64,000 nucleotides of DNA, from assembly GCA_009903405.1 (NCBI GenBank), contig PRCZ01000002.1:912-64911 (forward strand), written 5' to 3'. Source of the stretch: Candidatus Methanophaga sp. AG-394-G06. GTDB taxonomy: Archaea > Halobacteriota > Syntropharchaeia > Alkanophagales > Methanospirareceae. Both the position numbers and the translations under genes were made by a program. The notes beneath the pieces were generated by a model. The model did not search any database. It worked only from the letters and a program-made list of their open reading frames with translations, and was not told where the DNA came from. Of the stretch, positions 58,772 to 64,000 are shown in pieces. Numbering within the stretch: the first letter of the stretch is position 1; each line of letters begins with the position of its first letter.

Positions 58772-58996
58772 ATGGGCGTAGTACCAGAAGAGGAAATAAA
58801 GGAGAAGGATGAAGAAATAGCTGCATTGGTAAAGGATATAGGCGATTTAGTAACTGAATTTAAAAGTGCAGCGGAAGAGGATCAGAGGACAGACCTGATA
58901 AATAAAATAACGGAAAAGGAGAAGGACTTGCGTGCCGTAAGACAGAAAAAAGGACAATTTAAAGCAGTGCTAGCTAAACCCACAAAACTCTGGTAA
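58772..58996 (+). CDS. Small coiled-coil hypothetical protein
   Basis: 74-aa charged helical ORF with GGAGG RBS. Confidence 0.65.
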   Translation: MGVVPEEEIKEKDEEIAALVKDIGDLVTEFKSAAEEDQRTDLINKITEKEKDLRAVRQKKGQFKAVLAKPTKLW

Positions 58997-59064
58997 ATTC
59001 ATTCTTAACTCTCTTAAACAAAACAAAAAGAAGAAAAAAAATATTTTTTCTTTTCTATTTTATA

Positions 59065-59955
59065 TTATTTTAGTAATTTCTCTGGCATTGTTGTTGTTTG
59101 CGCGTCCAATCCCACTTCTTTTTCACTGAGTCCCATTGCGAGCCCGAGGAACTGCGTGGCGAATAGTATGGGGAAATCAAAGGATGTGCCGAAAGCCTTG
59201 TTCATCTCCGCTTGACCTCTGTCAAGCTGCAAATGGCAGAAAGCACAGGGATGAACCATACAATCACAGCCTACTTCCATCGCACTCACCAGCTTCTGAC
59301 GCATCCATTCCAGAGATTGAACAGAGTCAGCAGTTCGGTTTCCGCCACCAGCGCCACAGCACATCAATTTATCCTTATAATCTACGTCTTTTGCACCGGT
59401 TACCTTTACAAGATCCTCCAGGATATAGGGTGTTTCCGAAGACCCGTGTCCACGCACCTCTCGTGGTTTGAGGAAATGGCAGCCGTAATGCACCGCTACA
59501 TTCACATCGTTCATCGGTTTCGTTATACGCTCCTTTAGCTTCTCCAAACCAATAAAGTCGTGAAGAACCACAATTGAATGGTTCACCTTTGTAGTGCCTT
59601 TGTATTCCCTGCCAAATTTACCTAATATCTTATTGGTCTTCTCTTTTAACTTTGGATTCTCCCGCAGTAAATGGTCTGCTTCCTGAAGTGACCCGTAACA
59701 GCCATTACACGTTACATATATTTCGAGATCCATCTCTTCCGCAATAGCGAGATTACGCGCTGCGACAGGAAGCCACGTATGCATGTCAAAAGAGCCAAAG
59801 ACTCCCGGCGCTGGACAGCACGAAGCACCCACCATCTCCTTCGTCTCTATCCCAAACTCCGTAAATATCTTCTTCGTTGCTGCTTCTATCCCCGGATACC
59901 TGTTCGGCGTGATACAACCGAGGAAATAAGCATATTCCGTTGGATGTTCCGTCAT
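59065..59955 (-). CDS. hdrB: Heterodisulfide reductase subunit B
   Basis: FLGC, SCCPAPG, CNGC, HYGCH, CCGAGGG, CAFCHLQ.D. Confidence 0.93.
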   Translation of the reverse strand: MTEHPTEYAYFLGCITPNRYPGIEAATKKIFTEFGIETKEMVGASCCPAPGVFGSFDMHTWLPVAARNLAIAEEMDLEIYVTCNGCYGSLQEADHLLRENPKLKEKTNKILGKFGREYKGTTKVNHSIVVLHDFIGLEKLKERITKPMNDVNVAVHYGCHFLKPREVRGHGSSETPYILEDLVKVTGAKDVDYKDKLMCCGAGGGNRTADSVQSLEWMRQKLVSAMEVGCDCMVHPCAFCHLQLDRGQAEMNKAFGTSFDFPILFATQFLGLAMGLSEKEVGLDAQTTTMPEKLLK

Positions 59956-60515
59956 TTCTTACCCCCTTTATCCATCCCTTTTAAGTTCATCGTGTCCCAA
60001 TCAAAATCAATCATCGCGTCATAGCCCGTCGTCTTGAATATTGTCTGCACCTGCTCCAGTTGGTCTTTGTTTTGAGGATGTTGCGCAGTCGGCGGCTGCG
60101 ACTCGAGACCTACCGCTTCCCTCAGTTCCATCTGAGCAGGACCGATCGGCACTGCATGACCTGTTTTCATCACATAAACGCCAATCATCCTGTGTGGAAC
60201 AGACATGTGCCCTTCCTTCGCCGCCAAGTTCCTTATCGTTCTTATTATATCTGTCACTTTTACACCCTTTGGACATCTTTCATAACAGGTGTAACAAGTT
60301 GAGCAGAACCACAATTCGGGGGCGTTAAAAATCTCCTCACGCATATCCACCAGAGCCATCTGCATTAGCTTTCTCGTCCTGAAGGCCGTGTTCCTCCCAG
60401 AGGGACAGCCGCCAGTACACTTACCGCATTGCACGCACTCCCTGAGCGTTTCTAAATGCTCCTTGCCAAAAACCTCTCCACCATAATCAATTATGTCTTC
60501 ATATAACGTTCCCAT
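59952..60515 (-). CDS. hdrC: Heterodisulfide reductase subunit C
   Basis: CVQCGKCTGGCPSG, WFCSTCYTCYERCP, TGHAVP. Confidence 0.93.
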   Translation of the reverse strand: MGTLYEDIIDYGGEVFGKEHLETLRECVQCGKCTGGCPSGRNTAFRTRKLMQMALVDMREEIFNAPELWFCSTCYTCYERCPKGVKVTDIIRTIRNLAAKEGHMSVPHRMIGVYVMKTGHAVPIGPAQMELREAVGLESQPPTAQHPQNKDQLEQVQTIFKTTGYDAMIDFDWDTMNLKGMDKGGKK

Positions 60516-60608
60516 TTGAGTATTCCTCCTTACATATTATTTACTAATCTTCCTTTTTATATGGGTTTGAGTTATCATTATAAATAATTTGCGCTTTTTT
60601 CATGATTT

Positions 60609-60936
60609 TTACACTTGCACTATCTTCGCCTCATCCTTCTCTAAATCGAGTATGGCAAACGTACTCCTTCTCGTGAGGCGCCCGCAGCATTCTCCGGGAT
60701 TTATCATCAACGCTTTATCCTCTTTCTTCTCTATCTCCGCTTTATGTGTATGCCCATATATCACCACATCATAAGCGCCCGATACCGCCAACGCCCCCAC
60801 TATCTTTGGTTTATGCGTCATAATTAGCTTCTTCGCGGCGAGTGCAAATACAGAAGGGTCTTTCATATAGCACCCCTACCGCTTTTTCTATTGCTTCGAG
60901 ATTATCATGCGTATCTGCGATTATTCCCAGTTTCAT
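60609..60936 (-). pseudogene. YfcE/MJ0936-type metallophosphoesterase with internal deletion and frameshift
   Basis: MKLGIIADTHDNLEAIEKAV start at 60936 joined out of frame to ..MTH..YGHTH..INPGE; GD and GNxD motifs missing. Confidence 0.75.
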
Positions 60937-60982
60937 TCATTCCTCTCCCATCTCTACCATAAATAAGTAATTAAAATTATAT

Positions 60983-62236
60983 TTGTGTAGTAATCTGATT
61001 TTAAAAAATAAGCAGATGGCATACTCATCCATAAAACGAAGCTACACCATCGTTGGCATAGATCCCGGTACCACGATAGGAGTTGCCATGCTCGACCTTG
61101 ACGGGAGACCAATAGACGTATTCAGCTCAAAGAATTATTCGGTCTCCGACGTAGTAGCACGGATAATATCGCTTGGAAAGCCTTTGATAGTCGCTTCTGA
61201 TGTCACACCCACCCCTTCAATGGTAAAAAGGATAAGCAGCATCTTCTCCTCTCTTGTCCCAGAACTAGACGAATCCCTCTCACTGGAGGAGAAGATTGCA
61301 CTGACGAAGGGAGCGGGCTACGGATATAAAAACGCACATGAAAGGGATGCTTTAGCTGCTTCTGTCACTGCATTCAAGCGCTATAGGAAGAAATTCTCGC
61401 AGGTACAGAAGAAGACGCCGGCAGGTGTGGACGTGGAAGAGGTGAAGGCGCAGGTGGTTAAAGGTGTCTCTATAAGTGCAGCAATAGACAAATTAATTAG
61501 TCTGAAATGGGAGAATAAAGAAGTTATAAGAGTGGAGCGGCCAGAAGAGAAAAAGAGCAATGACGAAAGCGAAAATATTCTCAGATTACGCGGAATTATA
61601 AAGGGTAAAGACAAAAAGATAGCGATGCTGGAAGAGCTCACGACCGCTTTAAAGACTGTGGACGCTGAAAAAGAGCTCAAAATAAGTCGTTTGAACCACA
61701 AACTCGATTCTATACGGTCTGAAGGGAGAAGGGAGATGGCAGTAATAGAAGAGATACGGCGGAGAGACAATAAGATAGTGCGGCTGAGAGAGGAATTAAA
61801 AGAACAGGACGAGCTGAATGCTGATTTAAGGACGATCATAGAAGAACGGAAAGGAAAAAGAGGGGTAAAGGGCGGGAAAAGGATAAAGCTGATAAAAGCT
61901 TTCTCTCATGATGCAATATTAGATGCACATCGGCGGTATGGGCTAAAAAAAGGAGACGTCATATTCCTCGAGGACAGTAGTGGGGGCGGGGCAAGCACAG
62001 CGGAACTGTTAGCGAAGAAGGGTATTAGTGCTGTAATATATGGTAAAGAGTTATCGCATTTCGCCACTAATACGTTTCTTGTGTTTCGCATTCCCACTTT
62101 TTCTATTGATGAGATACCTTTACTGCTAAAGGAAGAAAATGGCGATTTCGCCTTTGTGGACCAGCATTTGCTGAACGAGAAGATGAAGGAGTGGAAGGCA
62201 GGAAAGAAGAGAAAAGAGGTGATACTGTTCAGATAG
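60983..62236 (+). CDS. DUF460 family protein (RNase H-like N-terminus + coiled coil)
   Basis: IVGIDPGTT.G.A, ASDV.P.P, NAHERDALAA, SGGG. Confidence 0.85.
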   Translation: MCSNLILKNKQMAYSSIKRSYTIVGIDPGTTIGVAMLDLDGRPIDVFSSKNYSVSDVVARIISLGKPLIVASDVTPTPSMVKRISSIFSSLVPELDESLSLEEKIALTKGAGYGYKNAHERDALAASVTAFKRYRKKFSQVQKKTPAGVDVEEVKAQVVKGVSISAAIDKLISLKWENKEVIRVERPEEKKSNDESENILRLRGIIKGKDKKIAMLEELTTALKTVDAEKELKISRLNHKLDSIRSEGRREMAVIEEIRRRDNKIVRLREELKEQDELNADLRTIIEERKGKRGVKGGKRIKLIKAFSHDAILDAHRRYGLKKGDVIFLEDSSGGGASTAELLAKKGISAVIYGKELSHFATNTFLVFRIPTFSIDEIPLLLKEENGDFAFVDQHLLNEKMKEWKAGKKRKEVILFR

Positions 62237-62319
62237 ACCCCTAATGTTTTTTGGTCTTTTACACGATTTTTGACAAAACCAGATCATTATAATAAATAGA
62301 GGTGCATGGTATGTAATAG

Positions 62320-63300
62320 GTGTGGTGGAAAAGAATGATGATAAGCGTGAATGAATATGGATTGGATGTATTTGAAGAGATGATGGACAACGCGGATGAG
62401 CTGCGGGTGGGCATAGACGAGTTGGCTAACGGGACAACGATAATAGATGCCGGGGTGGAAGAAGAAGGGGGACTAGAAGCAGGGTTATACTTATCTCGGA
62501 TATGCATGGCAGACCTTGCAGATCTCAAATTCAGCAGCTTTGATCTCGGTGAAATGGTCGTGCCTGCGATAGAGATTACTACGGACCATCCGGTAATCGC
62601 CTGTATGGCATCGCAATTTGCGGGATGGCGGATAAGTGTGAATAAATTCTTCGGTATGGGTTCTGGACCCGCAAGAGCACTTTCACTCAATCCGAAAGAG
62701 TTATATAAGAAGATAGGGTATGAAGACGATGCAAGTGAGGCCGTGTTGGTTTTAGAATGTGGCAGTATGCCAGATGAAGAAGTGACGGAAGAAATAGCGA
62801 AGGCATGCAGGGTAGAACCAGAAGACCTTTATATCGTGGTGGCACCGACAGCATCCATTGCGGGCTCTGTACAGATTTCTGCCAGAGGCGTGGAAACAGG
62901 CGTTCACAAGCTCGAGTCTTTAGGTTTTGATATAAACCGCATAGAACACGCTCATGGTATCATACCAATCTCACCTATTGTTGGTGATGATGTGAAGTGC
63001 ATGGGTTCGACCAATGATTGTATCATATACGGTAGTCACATTTATTACGTGATAAAATACGATGATGTGGAAGATTTGAAGGGATACCTGAAGAAAGTGC
63101 CTTCGCAGATCTCAAAGGACTATGGGAAACCGTTCTACACAACATTTAAAAATGCGGGTTTCGACTTCTACAAGGTAGATGCAGCCATGTTTGCACCTGC
63201 GCAGATCACGGTAAATGAACTGAACAGCGGAAAGACATTTACAAGTGGGAAGATAAATAAAGAGGTGTTGCGGGAGTCTTTTGGTATTGAGTCACTATAA
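62320..63300 (+). CDS. mch: Methenyl-tetrahydromethanopterin cyclohydrolase
   Basis: [50 protein letters not shown]. Confidence 0.95.
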   Translation: MWWKRMMISVNEYGLDVFEEMMDNADELRVGIDELANGTTIIDAGVEEEGGLEAGLYLSRICMADLADLKFSSFDLGEMVVPAIEITTDHPVIACMASQFAGWRISVNKFFGMGSGPARALSLNPKELYKKIGYEDDASEAVLVLECGSMPDEEVTEEIAKACRVEPEDLYIVVAPTASIAGSVQISARGVETGVHKLESLGFDINRIEHAHGIIPISPIVGDDVKCMGSTNDCIIYGSHIYYVIKYDDVEDLKGYLKKVPSQISKDYGKPFYTTFKNAGFDFYKVDAAMFAPAQITVNELNSGKTFTSGKINKEVLRESFGIESL

Positions 63301-63317
63301 AATAAAATCCCGGCAAT

Positions 63318-63992
63318 TTAGCCCAGTACCCACACAACCTTCCCCCTTTCTTCTTTACTTTTTATCTTACCGTGATATTCCATATTTACTAATACCTCAT
63401 TTAGGAGGTGATATGGCACGTAAAAGTCAAATTCTTCTTTCATAGCAGCTCTTATTTCTTCTATGCTCAGCCCGCCATTAGCAATCACCCGCCCCATTAA
63501 GTCCATCAAATCCTCATGAATGCTCCAGATATATACCACCCATTTCCATTCTTTCATGAGCTCGCCATAGAAATCGGGAATGAAGGAGGAGGAAGTTTTA
63601 TGCTGTAATGTTGCAGTTCTTACCTCTTTTGCGCCCATAGATTTAATATATTCAACAACAAGATTTATGCTGTCACCGGTGTCCGTTATATCATCTGCTA
63701 TTAATACTTGCTTATCCTTTAGTTTCGCCTGTGCCGCATCGTCAAGCCCATATTTCAGTTCCGCGGTACCGGTAATTGTGGCCGTTACACCCCAGTGTTC
63801 CATCTTCAAGCTGAGCAGATCCTTAAGCAAGAAGAAATCGCAAAGTACACGAGCTAAGTACCAGCCACCCCTTGCCACGCCAACTATAACCTCCGGCTTG
63901 AATCCCGCTTCCTTTATCTCGTCTCTTACATCCTTGCAAAGATCATACGCATAGTTCCAGTCAACCAGAATACAGCTAAATTTGTCTTGCAT
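63318..63992 (-). CDS. Purine-type phosphoribosyltransferase
   Basis: VGVARGG, LIADDITDTGDS PRPP loop, PDFY..W.WVVY.W. Confidence 0.85.
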   Translation of the reverse strand: MQDKFSCILVDWNYAYDLCKDVRDEIKEAGFKPEVIVGVARGGWYLARVLCDFFLLKDLLSLKMEHWGVTATITGTAELKYGLDDAAQAKLKDKQVLIADDITDTGDSINLVVEYIKSMGAKEVRTATLQHKTSSSFIPDFYGELMKEWKWVVYIWSIHEDLMDLMGRVIANGGLSIEEIRAAMKEEFDFYVPYHLLNEVLVNMEYHGKIKSKEERGKVVWVLG

Positions 63993-64000
63993 CTATATAT

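Overview
Archaeal chromosomal DNA, most consistent with an anaerobic methane/alkane-oxidising Methanomicrobia lineage such as ANME-1/Methanophagales. This is inferred from mch, mptA, fwdA/B-like genes, hdrBC, methanogenesis marker 3, sepS, class II HMG-CoA reductase and a MetF+MetV pair. Housekeeping blocks (sepS, oapABC, aIF-1A/RIO1, TFB, rnhB, rpl21e, dut/thyX, nadC/nadX, pheT, EF-1a/S10, two tRNAs) alternate with accessory DNA: a secreted/S-layer/RND cluster (1-4.5 kb), a decayed signalling island (19.7-21.8 kb), orphan cheR/cheA, and a ~15.7 kb region (39.1-54.75 kb). That last region holds two diverged copies of an Orange-protein(ORP)-like Fe-S/metal cluster operon (DUF134 regulator, Mrp, NifB/NifX proteins, Fe-S P-loop ATPases, NifU-like, radical SAM, permeases). 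Main observations: (i) several proteins of that cluster share RGG/Gly-Met low-complexity tracts and a common C-terminal coiled-coil tag; (ii) the two copies lost complementary genes by precise internal deletions; (iii) a perfect palindromic candidate operator precedes DUF134 and both NifX genes; (iv) a DUF1670 remnant is bounded by terminal inverted repeats; (v) several families of short REP/MITE-like repeats occur, one fused in-frame inside a gene; (vi) a tRNA(CAU) gene contains the stop codon of mptA. All calls are by eye from motifs; no database searches were run.
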